A stretch of 64,000 nucleotides of DNA from an uncultured beta proteobacterium (lineage in GTDB: Bacteria > Pseudomonadota > Gammaproteobacteria > Burkholderiales > Casimicrobiaceae). Shown one piece after another: positions 29,088 to 41,696 of this stretch. The notes beneath the pieces were generated by a model. The model saw nothing but the letters and a program-made list of their open reading frames with translations, was not told where the DNA came from and searched no databases. The DNA lies in assembly GCA_963697485.1 (NCBI GenBank), contig CAVOOD010000007.1:190611-254610 (forward strand), written 5' to 3'. Numbering within the stretch: position 1 is the first letter of the stretch; every line of letters starts with the position of its first letter. The position numbers and the translations under genes were made by a program.

Positions 29088-29375
29088 TCACTCGATGACC
29101 CTGGGGACCAGATACAGGCCGTCTTCGACCGCCGGAGCGCCCTGCTGATAGAGCGCGTGACGATCGCTTTCGGTGACCCGGTCCTCGCGCAGCGGCAGGA
29201 CGACGTCCTGCGCATGCGACATCGGAACGATGCCGGTCGTGTCGACGGCGCGCATGCGGCCGATCAATTCGAAAATGCTTTCGAGCTTGGCGCGCACGTC
29301 GGCGGCTTCAGCCGGCGTGATCTCGATCCGGGCCAGATGTGCGATGCGCCGCACTTCGTCGAGGGAAAGGGCCAT
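29088..29375 (-). CDS. gatC: Asp-tRNA(Asn)/Glu-tRNA(Gln) amidotransferase subunit C
   Basis: [24 protein letters not shown]... is typical of GatC. The ATG at 29375 is preferred over the ORF-track start. Confidence 0.88.
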   Translation of the reverse strand: MALSLDEVRRIAHLARIEITPAEAADVRAKLESIFELIGRMRAVDTTGIVPMSHAQDVVLPLREDRVTESDRHALYQQGAPAVEDGLYLVPRVIE

Positions 29376-29447
29376 TGTTTTAGGCTCGCCACCAAAATTG
29401 CGGTGCAGAAACAAAGCTGAATAGGGTATCATAATCACTTGTCATAA

Positions 29448-30530
<1,083 letters not shown>

Positions 30531-30631
30531 TCGGATCGGATCGGCGACGAGCATGCCCGCTACCACGCATCCCGTCTTCCGCTGTCTGACCGTCGGGGTT
30601 CGTCCCCGCCGCTGACCGGCCGGCCCGTTTG

Positions 30632-31547
30632 ATGCGTCACCTCTCGGTCGAGCCGCCGCCCTTTTTTCACCGCGGCCCGTCACCGCTGACGCGGCTCGCG
30701 GTCTTCGCGCTGCTGTCGCTGGCGCTTCTGTTCGCGGACACGCGCTATCGCTATCTCGAGAACATCCGGCGCGGCGCGGCGATCGTGCTCTATCCGATGC
30801 AGCGCATCGTGCAGATGCCCGGTGAAGCGCTGGCTTATGTCGGAACCTACTTTTCATCGCAGCGTGCGCTGGCCGACGACAACGCGGCCTTGCAGGCGCA
30901 ATTGCTGAGCCAGGCGCCTCTGGTGCAGGCTTACCCGGCGGTCGAGAAGGAAAATGCGCGGCTGCGCGGGCTGATGAAGCTCGAGGCGCGCGTCCCGGTC
31001 GATGCGACCGCGGCCGAAGTGCTCTATTCCAGCCGCGATCCGTTCACGCAGAAGCTCTTTGTCGACAAGGGCGAGGCGGCGGGCGTGCAGGCCGGGCGGG
31101 CGGTGATCGACGAGCATCGGCGTCGTCGGACAGGTCACGCGCGTGTTTCCCTACATGTCCGAGGTCACGCTGGTCACCGACAAGGATCACGCGGTGCCGG
31201 TCAAGGTCGAGCGCAGCGGCGTGCGCAGCGTCATGTACGGCGCCGGCGCCGCGCGACCGCCGGAGCTTCGCTACCTTTCGCCCAGCGTCGAGATCGAGCC
31301 GGGCGATCTGTTGGTCACATCGGGCATCGACGGCACGTATCCGGCCGGGCTGGCGGTCGCGCAGGTGGTCTCGGTCGAGCGCGAGACCGGGCAGAGTTTC
31401 GCGCACGTGACCTGCAAGCCGCTGGCGGGTATCGACAACAGCGCGCAGGTGCTGATCCTCGGGTCGTCCGCGTCGGTGCCGCCGCGTCCGGAGGATCCCG
31501 TCGACACGGCCGCGCCGCGCAAGGGCCGCGGCAGGCGCAAGGGCTGA
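30632..31547 (+). pseudogene. mreC: Rod shape-determining protein MreC, frame break near 31118
   Basis: The N-terminal TM and coiled coil (ORF 30629..) run up to VIDEH. They continue in the frame of ORF 31143..31547 as GVVGQVTRVFPYMSEVTLVTDKDHAVPV...TSGIDGTYPAGLAVAQV. Confidence 0.88.
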
Positions 31548-31554
31548 ACACACG

Positions 31555-32079
31555 ATGCCACCTTTCGTCGCCGCGCGCCCCGAAGAGATTCTGCTGCCGG
31601 TCCGGCCGTGGTTCATCGTGCTGACCTTGCTCGTCGGCCTGGTGGCCAATACGCTGCCGATGTCGGGGATGGCCTTGACGCTGAAGCCCGATTTTCTGGC
31701 TCTGGTGCTTCTTTACTGGTGCATCCAGGAGCCGCGATTGATCGGCGTCGGCGTCGCGTGGTGCCTGGGGCTGATGATGGACGTCGTCGATGCGACGGTG
31801 TTCGGCCAGCATGCGCTGGCGTATGCGGTGCTCGCCTACGGCGCCGGATATTTTCGCCGGCGCGTATTGCGCTTTCCGCTCTGGCAGCAGGCGGCGCAGG
31901 TCGCGGTGCTGCTGCTGCTCAGTTCGGGACTGGTGCTGCTGGTGCGCATTGCCGGCGGCGCGCCGCCGCCGCGCTGGACCTACGTCGTCGGTGCGCTGAC
32001 GGGCGCGCTGCTCTGGCCGCTGGTGACCGCTTTGCTGCAATGGCCGCAGCGGCCGCAGCGCTCGCCCGCGGAGCGCTAG
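31555..32079 (+). CDS. mreD: Rod shape-determining protein MreD
   Basis: Small polytopic membrane protein immediately after mreC. LVLLYWCIQEP and HALAYAVLAY are typical. Confidence 0.85.
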   Translation: MPPFVAARPEEILLPVRPWFIVLTLLVGLVANTLPMSGMALTLKPDFLALVLLYWCIQEPRLIGVGVAWCLGLMMDVVDATVFGQHALAYAVLAYGAGYFRRRVLRFPLWQQAAQVAVLLLLSSGLVLLVRIAGGAPPPRWTYVVGALTGALLWPLVTALLQWPQRPQRSPAER

Positions 32080-32094
32080 CGAAGACAATTTCTC

Positions 32095-34063
32095 ATGCGA
32101 CGCCTGTTCACCCATCGCGGCCACCGCGCCTTCTCGCCGCCCGAGCTCAAGGATCCCGAGCGCGAAAGCTTTCGCTTCCGCCGCCGATTGTTGATCGCCG
32201 GCGTGCTGATGCTCACCGCGTTCGGCGGGCTGTTCGGCCGCTTTTTCTACTTGCAGGTCATCCAGCACGGCCACTACCAGACGCTGGCAGAAAGCAATCG
32301 CGTCGCGATCGTCCCGATTGCGCCCAATCGTGGCGTGATCACCGATCGCAACGGCGTCGTGCTCGCGCAAAGCTACTCGGCGTACACGCTCGAGATCATG
32401 CCTTCGCGCGTGACGAATCTCGAGGCGACGATCGACCAGCTGGCCAAGATCGTCGAGGTCCAGCCGCGCGACCGCAAGCGCTTCAAGCGCCTGCTGGACG
32501 AATCGAAGACGCCTCGAGAGCGTGCCCTTGCGGACGCGCCTGACCGACGAGGAAGTCGCGCGCTTCGCGGTCAATCAATACCGGTTCCCCGGCGTCGACA
32601 TCAAGGCCCGGCTGTTCCGGCAATATCCGTTCGGCGAGATCGCTTCGCAGCTGATCGGCTACGTGAGCCGCATCAACGATCGCGATCTCGAGCGCATCGA
32701 CGAATGGAACGAGACCGCCAACTACAAGGGCTCCGACTACATCGGCAAGGTCGGCGTCGAGCTGTCGTACGAGCGCGAGCTGCACGGCGGCACCGGCGTC
32801 GAGGAAGTCGAAGTCGATTCCAGCGGCCGCGCCGTGCGCACGCTGTCGCGCACGCCGCCGATATCCGGCAACAACCTGCGGCTCGCACTCGACATCCAGC
32901 TGCAGAAAATCGCCGAGGAAGCGTTCGGAACGCGGCGCGGGGCGCTGGTCGCGATCGACCCGGCGACCGGCGAGATCCTCGCCTACGTCTCGCGGCCCGG
33001 GTTCGATCCGAACCTGTTCGTCGACGGCATCGATCCGTCGGCCTGGGAACAGTTGAACGATTCGCCCGACAAGCCGCTGCTCAACCGCCCGCTTGCGCGG
33101 CGCGTACCCGCCGGGATCGACGATCAAGCCCTACCTCGCCCTCGCGGCGCTGACCTCGGGCAAGCGGACCGCGACGCAGACGATTTTCGATCCCGGGTAT
33201 TACCAGATCGCCGGCAGCTGCGCATCGCTTCCGCGACGACAAGCCCGGCGGCCACGGCTACGTCGACATGACCAAGTCGATCGTCGCGTCCTGCGACACT
33301 TACTACTACATGCTGGCCGGCGAAACCGACATCGACGACACCTATGCCTTCATGTCGCAGTTCGGGTTCGGGCAGAAGACCGGCATCGATCTCGAGGGCG
33401 AACTGCCCGGCGTGCTGCCGTCGCGGACGTGGAAGCGCGAGCGCTTCTCCGGGAGCAACTATCGTGAGGAGCATCGCAAATGGTATCTGGGCGATTCGAT
33501 CTCGGCCGGGATCGGCCAGGGATACAACGCCTTCACGCCGCTGCAGCAGGCCCAGGCGATCGCGATCCTCGCCAATGACGGCGTGGCGATGCGCCCGCGC
33601 GTGGTCAAGGCGATCGAGAACACCCGCACCGGCGCGCTGCGCGAATTGCCCTCGGAGCAGACGCACACGCTCGCCGTCAAGCCGCAGGACCTGGCTGTCA
33701 TCAAGAAGGCGCTGATCGGCGTGCCGCGCGAAGGCACCAGTGCGGCGGCGTTCGTCGGCGCCAAGTACGTATCCGCGGGCAAGACCGGCACCGCGCAGGT
33801 CTATTCGCTCAAGGGTGAGCGCTATTCGGCGCGCAGTCGATGAACGCTTGCGCGATCACGCCTGGTACGCGGCCTACGCGCCGGCTGAAAAGCCGAAGAT
33901 CGCGCTGGCCGTGCTGGTCGAGAACGGCGGATTCGGCGCGCAGGCGGCCGCGCCGATCGCGAGGATCCTGCTCGATTACTATCTGCTCGGGTTGAAGCCC
34001 GGCGCCGCGCCCGGCGGCGGCAAAGCCGAGCCGACGCGAGATTCCGACGACGAATCCGACTGA
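32095..34063 (+). pseudogene. mrdA: Penicillin-binding protein 2 (elongasome transpeptidase), at least 4 frame breaks (near 32505, 33095, 33222, 33833)
   Basis: FYLQVIQHGHYQTLAESNR, RGVITDRNGVVLA, the active site PPGSTIKP, SCDTYYY, SAGIGQGY, KTGTAQV and RDHAWYAAYAP are spread over four frames. Confidence 0.9.
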
Positions 34064-35175
34064 TGGAGAAACTCGTCGCATTGCTCGGGAAGGTCTGGCA
34101 GCTGATCGCGCGCCGAATCGACAGCTACCTGATGGCGGCCGCGCTGGCGATCGCCGGCGTCGGCATGATCACGCTGGTGTCGGCGTCCGACCAGAGCGTC
34201 GCCCGCTTGACCAGCCAGGCGCTGTCGCTCGGCTTCGCGCTGGTGCTGATGTGGGCGATCGCCAACATCGCGCCACAGCGTCTGGCGCGCGTCGCGCTGC
34301 CGTTGTACGTGGTTGCCGTGGCGTTGCTGATCGCGGTCGCCGTCGGCGGAACGCTGGTCAACGGCTCGCGGCGTTGGCTGAGCATCGGCATCGCGCGCTT
34401 CCAGCCTTCCGAGCTGATGAAAATCGCGCTGCCCTTGATGCTCGCCTGGTATTTCCAGCGGCGCGAGACCCGGATTCACCTGCTCGACTACGCGCTTGCG
34501 CTGGTGCTGATCGCGGTGCCGGTTGTCCTGGTGCGGCGCCAGCCCGATCTCGGCACCGCGCTGATCATCGGCGCAACCGGCTTCTACGTGCTGTATCTGG
34601 CGGGGTTGTCGTGGAAGATCATCATCGGGCTGGTGGCGATCGGCGCCGCCGCCGCGCCGCTGATCTGGCCGCATCTGCACGACTACCAGCAGGAACGCAT
34701 ACTGACGTTTCTCGATCCGAGCCGGGATCCGCTCGGCGCCGGGTATCACAGCTCGCAGGCGTCGATCGCGCTGGGGTCGGGAGGCGTGATCGGCAAGGGG
34801 TGGCTGAACGGCACGCAGACGCACCTCGATTTCCTTCCGGAGCGGCATACCGACTTCATCTTCGCGGTCTTCGGCGAGGAGTTCGGGCTGATCGGCGTCT
34901 CGGTTCTGCTGCTGCTCTACGTGCTGCTGATCGGCCGGGCGCTCGCGATCACGATGAATGCGTCGACGATGTTCACGCGCCTGGTTTCCGGCGCGATCAC
35001 CTTGATGTTCTTCACCTACGCCTTCGTCAACATGGCGATGGTCAGCGGCCTGCTTCCGGTCGTCGGCGTGCCGCTTCCGCTGGTGTCGTTCGGCGGCACG
35101 GCGCTGATCAGCCTGTTCATCGGGCTGGGCATCCTGATGAGCGTGCAGGCGAATCGCAAGCTCGTCAGCACCTAG
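34063..35175 (+). CDS. rodA: Peptidoglycan glycosyltransferase RodA (SEDS family)
   Basis: FQPSELMKIALPLMLAWY, RQPDLGTALI, LPERHTDFIFAVFGEEFG and SFGGTALIS. Confidence 0.93.
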   Translation: MEKLVALLGKVWQLIARRIDSYLMAAALAIAGVGMITLVSASDQSVARLTSQALSLGFALVLMWAIANIAPQRLARVALPLYVVAVALLIAVAVGGTLVNGSRRWLSIGIARFQPSELMKIALPLMLAWYFQRRETRIHLLDYALALVLIAVPVVLVRRQPDLGTALIIGATGFYVLYLAGLSWKIIIGLVAIGAAAAPLIWPHLHDYQQERILTFLDPSRDPLGAGYHSSQASIALGSGGVIGKGWLNGTQTHLDFLPERHTDFIFAVFGEEFGLIGVSVLLLLYVLLIGRALAITMNASTMFTRLVSGAITLMFFTYAFVNMAMVSGLLPVVGVPLPLVSFGGTALISLFIGLGILMSVQANRKLVST

Positions 35176-35194
35176 TCGCTTCGACGCGTCGCGA

Positions 35195-35740
35195 TCAGGC
35201 GTACCAGACGCGATACGTCGCGATGCCGAGCAGCGCGACCGCCCAGTAGCCGGCCAGCGTCGCGCGCATCAACGTCTTCCAGCCGCGGATGTGCCAGCGC
35301 GCCGGCAGGATGTCGTTCATCTGCAGCACCAGCCACAGACCCGCGAGCAAGGTCAGCGCGCCGACCGTCGCGTGGATGACGATGATCAGGTTGCCGCTGT
35401 TGGCGAGGTCGGACAGATGCGCGAGCTTGAACGTGCGGATCGAGGCGATCATGATCAACGCGACCAGCACTGCATTGACCAGCACCCACGCCGTCTGGTT
35501 GACGCGATGCGCATCGATGTTGCCGCTGCGGGCCAGCATCATGCCGAAGCTGAGCCCCGCGACCAGCAGCAACTCGAGCGCGATGTTGACGTCGGCGAGC
35601 AGCGTGCCGGGGCCGAAAAAACCGGGTGCGTCCGCCTTGCCGAAGACGCGGAGAGCCAGCACCAGCGCTGCCGCGGCGCCGGCCAGCACGATGCCGCCAA
35701 TGAGCGCAGTTTTTTTCACGCCGCCTCCGAGCAAGAACAT
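35195..35740 (-). CDS. Integral membrane protein of unknown function (4-5 TM)
   Basis: Hydrophobic profile only. I recognised no motif with confidence. Confidence 0.5.
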   Translation of the reverse strand: MFLLGGGVKKTALIGGIVLAGAAAALVLALRVFGKADAPGFFGPGTLLADVNIALELLLVAGLSFGMMLARSGNIDAHRVNQTAWVLVNAVLVALIMIASIRTFKLAHLSDLANSGNLIIVIHATVGALTLLAGLWLVLQMNDILPARWHIRGWKTLMRATLAGYWAVALLGIATYRVWYA

Positions 35741-35796
35741 TGGGCGCCCGCGCGGTGCGCGGGCAGGTTCGTTGCCGACGTATAATCTGCAACTAT

Positions 35797-36753
35797 ATGT
35801 CGCCGATTTCCACCGGTCAAAGCGCGCTCGCCTGCCTGCGCGCCGCGATGATCGCGTCGTTGGCCGGCATCGTGGCCGCGTGCGCGCCAGCGCTCAAGCG
35901 CGAGCCGCCGGAGCCGTCGACCGCAGCACCGTCGATCGCTGCGCCGGCGATCGCGCCGCCGCGGCCCGGCGCTTACTATCAGGACGACGGACCGGGCGCC
36001 AATCCGCCGGACAACCTCGAGGCGATTCCCGATGCGCTGCCCAGGGTCGAGCCGCTGCATCGTTTCGCCAACCGGCCGTACACGGTGTTCGGGCATGAAT
36101 ATGTTCCGGCGACGACCCTCACCAGCTATCGCGAGCGCGGACTCGCGTCGTGGTACGGCCGCAAGTTCCACGCGCAAAAGACGGCGATCGGCGAGCCCTA
36201 CGACATGTACGCGATGACGGCGGCGCACCCGACGCTGCCGCTTCCTTCGTACGCGCGCGTGACCAATCTGGCCAACGGCAGGAGTGTGGTCGTGCGCGTC
36301 AACGATCGCGGCCCGTTTCATCCGGGGCGCATTATCGATCTGTCGTATGCGGCGGCCTACCGGCTGGGCATTGCGCAGAAGGGCAGCGGCGAAGTCGAGG
36401 TCGAAAGCATCCTGCCGGGCGCGGCGCCGCCGGTGCTCGCCGGGCCGCTGCCGCCGGTGGCCGCGAGCGAGGCCCCGCCGGCGATCGCGCTGCCGATCGG
36501 CCAGGAAGCAGGCGGCTATGTCAGTCAGCTCGGTGCATTCGCCAACTATGCGAACGCACAGGAATTTGTCGCCCGGCTGGCGAACCAAACCGGGACTCTC
36601 GGCGTCGAACCAAAAGTCCGGCAGGACTCGGGCCTTTATCGGGTTTATGTCGGTCCCTATTCGACCAGGGAGGAGGCACGCCGGGCCGCCGACCGGCTGC
36701 GCGATGCATTGGGGCTCGATTCGACGGTACGCATTGAATCGCCGGTCCGTTGA
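35797..36753 (+). CDS. rlpA: Septal ring lytic transglycosylase RlpA-family lipoprotein with C-terminal SPOR domain
   Basis: Lipobox IVAAC; DPBB core GLASWYGRKFHAQKTAIGEPYDMYAMTAAHPTLPLPSYARVTNLANGRSVVVRVNDRGPF; SPOR-like tail YVSQLGAFANYANAQEF...YRVYVGPY. Confidence 0.9.
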   Translation: MSPISTGQSALACLRAAMIASLAGIVAACAPALKREPPEPSTAAPSIAAPAIAPPRPGAYYQDDGPGANPPDNLEAIPDALPRVEPLHRFANRPYTVFGHEYVPATTLTSYRERGLASWYGRKFHAQKTAIGEPYDMYAMTAAHPTLPLPSYARVTNLANGRSVVVRVNDRGPFHPGRIIDLSYAAAYRLGIAQKGSGEVEVESILPGAAPPVLAGPLPPVAASEAPPAIALPIGQEAGGYVSQLGAFANYANAQEFVARLANQTGTLGVEPKVRQDSGLYRVYVGPYSTREEARRAADRLRDALGLDSTVRIESPVR

Positions 36754-36877
36754 CCCAGTTGCGCCCCCACGTTCGTTATAATCGTTGGGCTGCGCCGCCG
36801 TCCACGTCGACGGGCGAGGCGCACCCGCAATCGATCACCGCCGCAACGATTTCCCCATCACAAAGACCCGGACCCCG

Positions 36878-38158
36878 ATGCCCCGATTGTTGATGCGCAC
36901 CCTGTTCGCGTTGTGCTGTGCGGCGGCTTTCAGCGCCCATGCGCAGCTGACGATCGAGATCATCGGCGGCGGCGCAACGACGATTCCGATCGCCATCGTC
37001 CCGTTCGCCGGCGAGTCGAACTATCCGCTGGGCGTCTCCGGCATCGTCGGCGCGGACCTGTCGCGCAGCGGTCTGTTCCGGCTGGTCGATCCGGGCGGGG
37101 TCGTCCCCGCGGCCCGCGCGCGCCGAGGACGTGCGCTACGGCGATTGGACCGGACGCGGCGCCGACGCCGTCGTCGTCGGCAGCATGACGGCGCTCCCCG
37201 ACGGTCGCGTCGAGGTCCGCTTCACGCTGCTCGATGCGGTCAAGCAGGCGCAGCTCGCCTCGTTCAGCTACGTGGTGCCGCCAGCGCAGTTCCGCGCGAC
37301 CGCGCATCGCATCGCCGACGTCATCTACGAAAAGCTGACCGGCGACGTCGGCGTGTTCAGCACGCGCATCGCCTACGTCGCCAAGCAGGGCGCGCGCTAC
37401 GAATTGCTGGTCGCCGATGCCGACGGCTACAACCCGCAGTCGATCGTCACGTCGAACGAGCCGCTGCTCTCGCCGGAGTGGTCGCCGGACGGCACGCGCA
37501 TCGCGTACGTCTCGATGGAAAACCGGAAGCCGGTCGTCTACGTGCAGTCGCTGACCACGGGCAGCGCGACAGCTGGTCGCCAATTTCCGCGGCAGCAACA
37601 GCGCGCCGTCGTGGTCGCCCGACGGCAGCAGGCTTGCGGTGACGCTGTCGAAGGACGGCAGCTCGCAGATTTACCTGATCAACACCGATGGCGGCAACGC
37701 GCAGCGCCTGTCCACGTCGGCCGGCATCGACACCGAGGCGACGTTCGCGCCCGACGGCCGGTCGATATTGTTCACCTCCGACCGCGGCGGCAGTCCGCAG
37801 ATCTATCGCCTCACGCTTGAGCGGCGGCGCGGTCGAGCGCATGACCTACGACGGCAATTACAACGTGTCGCCGCGATTTCTGCCCGATGGCAAGGGATTC
37901 GTGTTCGTGCGCCGCGACAATGGTCGGCTCAACGTCGCGCTGCAGGATTTCGCGACGCGGCAGGTCCAGATTCTGACGCAGGGCAGTCTCGACGAATCGC
38001 CCAGCGTCGCACCGAACGGCAAGCTGATCCTCTATGCGTCCGAAGTCGGGGGCCGTGGTATATTGGCCGCGGTCTCCAGCGACGGTCGCGTCAAGCAGCG
38101 GCTGACCGCAACAGCGAGCGATGTGCGCGAACCCGCGTGGGGTCCGCTGCAGAAATAG
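36878..38158 (+). pseudogene. tolB: Tol-Pal system beta-propeller protein TolB, at least 3 frame breaks (near 37115, 37570, 37815)
   Basis: Signal peptide, then LTIEIIGGGATTIPIAIVPF. SPEWSPDGTRIAYVS, APSWSPDGSRLA, ATFAPDGRSILFTSDRGGSPQIY and PSVAPNGKLILY are distributed over four frames. Confidence 0.9.
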
Positions 38159-38193
38159 ATCCGCCCGCATCCGCAACGACGAAAGGAGAACCC

Positions 38194-38746
38194 ATGAACA
38201 AGATTCTGATCGCGTGTACTGGCCGCATTGGCGCTCGCCGCATGTTCGACGAACGCCGAAGCAGGAAGGCGGCGCGCCCGTCGACGAACGGCAACCCCGG
38301 CGCGACGACACCGGGCGCGGCCACCTCCGGCGCAGCCACGCGGCATCGGTCGCCGGGACCGCCAGCCAGGCCGGGCAGAGCAATCCGCTGAAGGATCCGA
38401 GCAGCATCCTGTCCAAGCGCAGCGTCTATTTCGATTTCGACAGCGTACGCGATCAAGGACGACTACAAGTCGCTGCTCGAGGCGCATGCGCGCTACCTGC
38501 AGGCCAATCGCAACGCGCGCATGACCGATCCAGGGCAATACCGACGAGCGCGGCAGCCGCGAATACAACATCGCGCTGGGCCAGCGCCGCGCCGACGCCG
38601 TCAAGCGGATGATGTTGCTGTCCGGTGCGACCGAGGCGCAGATCGAGACGGTCAGCTTCGGCAAGGAAAAGCCGAGGAATCCCGGCCACGATGAATCGGC
38701 GTGGGCCGAGAACCGGCGCGACGATATCGTCTATCGCGGCGACTAA
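38194..38746 (+). pseudogene. pal: Peptidoglycan-associated lipoprotein Pal, about 6 frame breaks in 0.55 kb
   Basis: SD aaaggag; MNKILIA..; lipobox LALAAC in another frame. The OmpA-like domain KRSVYFDFDS / DDYKSLLEAHARYL / IQGNTDERGSREYNIALGQRRADAV / ENRRDDIVY can be read only by repeated frame switching. Confidence 0.88.
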
Positions 38747-39629
38747 GTGTCGCGCGACAGCTGCCGTCCGGCACCGGCCGCAGGCGAGGCGTTTCCCGCT
38801 GCGGGCGAGACTCGCGCCGCTCGCCGTCCTGCTGTTCGCCGCGCAACTCGCGGCGCCGGCGCGCGGCGCGCTGTTCGACGACGACGAGGCGCGCCGCCGC
38901 ATCGAGGACGCTCAAGACCCGCGTCGACCAGATCGAGCGCTCGCTGGCGCAGCGGCTCGACGCGCTCGAAGCGAAAAGCGCGGGGCTGGTCGACCTGTTC
39001 CGCGACGTCGAGCAGATCAAGGGCGACATCGCCAAGCTGCGCGGCCAGTATGAAGTGCTGACCTACGAGCTCGAGCAGGCGCAAAAGCGCCAGCGCGATC
39101 TGTACGTCGATCTCGACAGTCGGCGTGCGCAAGCTCGAAGGCGGGCCGCGGGCGCACCCGGGCGCGCCGGCGAACCCGGGCGCACCGCCGGCCTCAGGCG
39201 ATGCGGGCGCGCCGCGCGGCAGCCGGCCGGCGCGCCGGCGCGCCGCCGCCGATCCCGCGTCCGAGCAGCGCGCTACGACGCCGCGCTCGACCAGTTCAAG
39301 AGCGGCAATTTCGGCGCCGCGGTCGCGAGCTTCCAGTCGTTCGTCCGCACCTATCCGAAAAGCCCGCTCGCGCCGTCGGCGCTGTACTGGGCCGGCAACG
39401 CGCAGTACGCGCAGCGCGAATTTCGCGCGCGCGATCGCCACGCAGCGGCAGCTGATCGCGACCTATCCCGACAGCCAGAAGGTGCCCGACGCGCTGCTCA
39501 ACATCGCGAGCTGCCAGATCGAGCTGGGCGACATGCCGGCGGCGCAGGCGCACGCTCGAGGAAGTCGTCGCCAAGTATCCGACGTCCGAAGCGGCGGCCA
39601 AGGCGCGCCAGCGCTTGTCGGCGCGGTGA
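38747..39629 (+). pseudogene. cpoB: Cell division coordinator CpoB (YbgF), several frame breaks; start uncertain
   Basis: Signal peptide [16 protein letters not shown], coiled coil [42 protein letters not shown], and TPR part [70 protein letters not shown]. Confidence 0.85.
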
Positions 39630-39669
39630 GGCGAGGCACGCCGGACCCGGCGCGCTTCGCCCGATCGTC

Positions 39670-40788
39670 GTGACGCGCTTCGCGACCGGGCTGATCGCGT
39701 GGCAGCGGCGCGCCGGACGCCACGACCTGCCCTGGCAGAACACGCGCGATCCGTATCGCATCTGGCTGTCCGAGATCATGCTGCAGCAGACGCAGGTCGC
39801 GACGGTCATCCCGTATTTCGAGCGCTTCCTCGCGGCGTTTCCCGACGTGGCGAGCGCTCGCCGCCGCGCCGATCGAGCGCGTGCTCGAGCATGTGGAGCG
39901 GCCTGGGCTACTACCGGCGCGCGCATCATGCTGCATCGCGCCGCGCAGGCGATCGTCGCGCGAGCATGGCGGCGTCTTTCCGCGCGATGCGGCGGCGCTC
40001 GCGGCGCTGCCCGGCATCGGCCGCTCGACCGCCGCGGCGATCGCGGCGTTCGCCTTCGGCGCGCGCGGCGCGATTCTCGACGGCAACGTGAAGCGCGTGC
40101 TCGCGCGCCACGCCGGCATCGACGGCGTCGCCTCCGATGCGGCGCGTCGAGCGCGCGCTCTGGGCGCGTGCCGAGGCGCTGCTGCCGGCGCGCGACATCG
40201 AAACCTACACGCAGGCGCTGATGGATCTCGGCGCCACGGTGTGCCTGCGCACCCGGCCGCGCTGCGACGTCTGCCCGGTCGCCGCCGATTGCGTCGCCCG
40301 CCGCGAGCATCGGATCGCCGAGCTCCCGGGCCGGCGCGCAAAAAAAGCGCTGCCGCAGCGCGCGACCACGCGTGCTGCTGCTCGAGCGGCACGGCGAGGT
40401 GCTGCTCGAGCGCCGGCCGAACGTCGGCATCTGGGCGCGGCCTGTGGAGTCTGCCGGAGATCGTCGCGAGGCGCCGACGCGGCGCGCGCATTGCCGCGCG
40501 CGCTTTGCCGCCGACGTCACGCCGCGGCGCCGCGCTGCCGCCGATCGAGCATGGCTTCACCCACTTCCGCCTGACGCTCGAGCCGCTGCCTTGCGCGGTG
40601 CGCCACTGGCCGCGACGCGCGCGAGGAGCCGGGACTGCTGTGGCTGCCGCTGGCGGACGCCGGCGGCGCGGCGCTGCCGGCGCCGATCAAGAAGCTGCTG
40701 CGCTCGCGCGCAGCGACGCTCGCGCTCGGTTGCTCAAGGCTTGGCGTCGCGCAGATCGGCGGGAAGCAAGGCGTCCGCGCGCTCCTGA
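39670..40788 (+). pseudogene. mutY: A/G-specific adenine DNA glycosylase MutY, at least 5 frame breaks; 3' end undefined
   Basis: [62 protein letters not shown], the Fe-S cluster CLRTRPRCDVCPVAADC and the NUDIX-like tail IEHGFTHFRL. No nearby stop exists in any frame after PAPIKKLL. Confidence 0.85.
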
Positions 40789-41696
40789 TATCGCGCGCGG
40801 AACGCGGCGAGCTCCTTGGCCGCGAGATCGTTCCTGCCTTCGGCCTTGAGCCGCCGGATCAACCGGATCCATTCGTCGACCGTCCGCGGCTGCGGCCTCG
40901 TCCATCGCCGCTGCGCTGTCCTGCGCGCGCTTGGCGAGCGCCGGCTGCGCATTCGACGGCGCGGCCTCGCGGCGCGCGGCGAGCGCACCGGCGGCGGCGG
41001 GTGCGGTCTTGCGCTCGTCTTCCGCGAACGGCGCCGGCGCTTGCTGCGCGCTCGCGCCGGCGCTCGATGGCGGCGTCTGCTGCCGCGCTTTCGGACTCGC
41101 CGGCGCGGCGGTCAGGCGATCGTCGGCGGCGGGCGCGGCCGCGTTCGTCGCCGGGCTCGCATCGGATGGCGAAGCCGGGAACGGCACGCCCGGCTTGGCG
41201 GCTTCGCTCGCTGCTGCGGGGCCGCGTTGGCGAGCCGCCTCCGACGCGGTGCCACCCGTTGCCTCGGCTGCGGCCGGCGCATCGGCGCGAATCGGCGGCG
41301 CCGCGCGCTCGACCTTGCGCGGCGCTTCGACGCGACGGGACGGCGTCGGCTGCGGCGACGGCGGCGGGCGCGGCCGCGCGCTGGTCGCGCTCCGTGTCCT
41401 GGCGCGACGGGGGTTCCGCGGGCGGTGTGGCTTGCGGCGCGGCGGGTGCAATCTCCGTCGGCGCGACCTGGTCGGGCGGCGTCATCTCGACGATGCCGAT
41501 CGCGACGACCGCGACGACGGCCGCGGCGGCGACCGGCCACCAGGCGCGCGGCGCATCGCAGACGCTTCGGTCCGGCGCCGACCGCGCGCCGCGCCGCGGC
41601 GGGAATCGCCGCGTCGAGCGCCGGCGGCGGCTGCTCGCGGCTGGCCGCGCGCCACGCCGCGTCGACGTCGGGATCGCGATGCTCGTCGGGATTCAT
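40734..41696 (-). pseudogene. Membrane-anchored anti-sigma factor (Ala/Pro-rich periplasmic region), frame breaks
   Basis: The ATG overlaps the stop of the ECF sigma gene (ATGA). The N-terminus is MNPDEHRDPDVDAAWRAASREQPPPALDAAI, the TM segment WWPVAAAAVVAVVAIGIV lies in another frame, and the C-terminus DEWIRLIRRLKAEGRNDLAAKELAAFRARY is in ORF 40734..40988. Confidence 0.6.
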
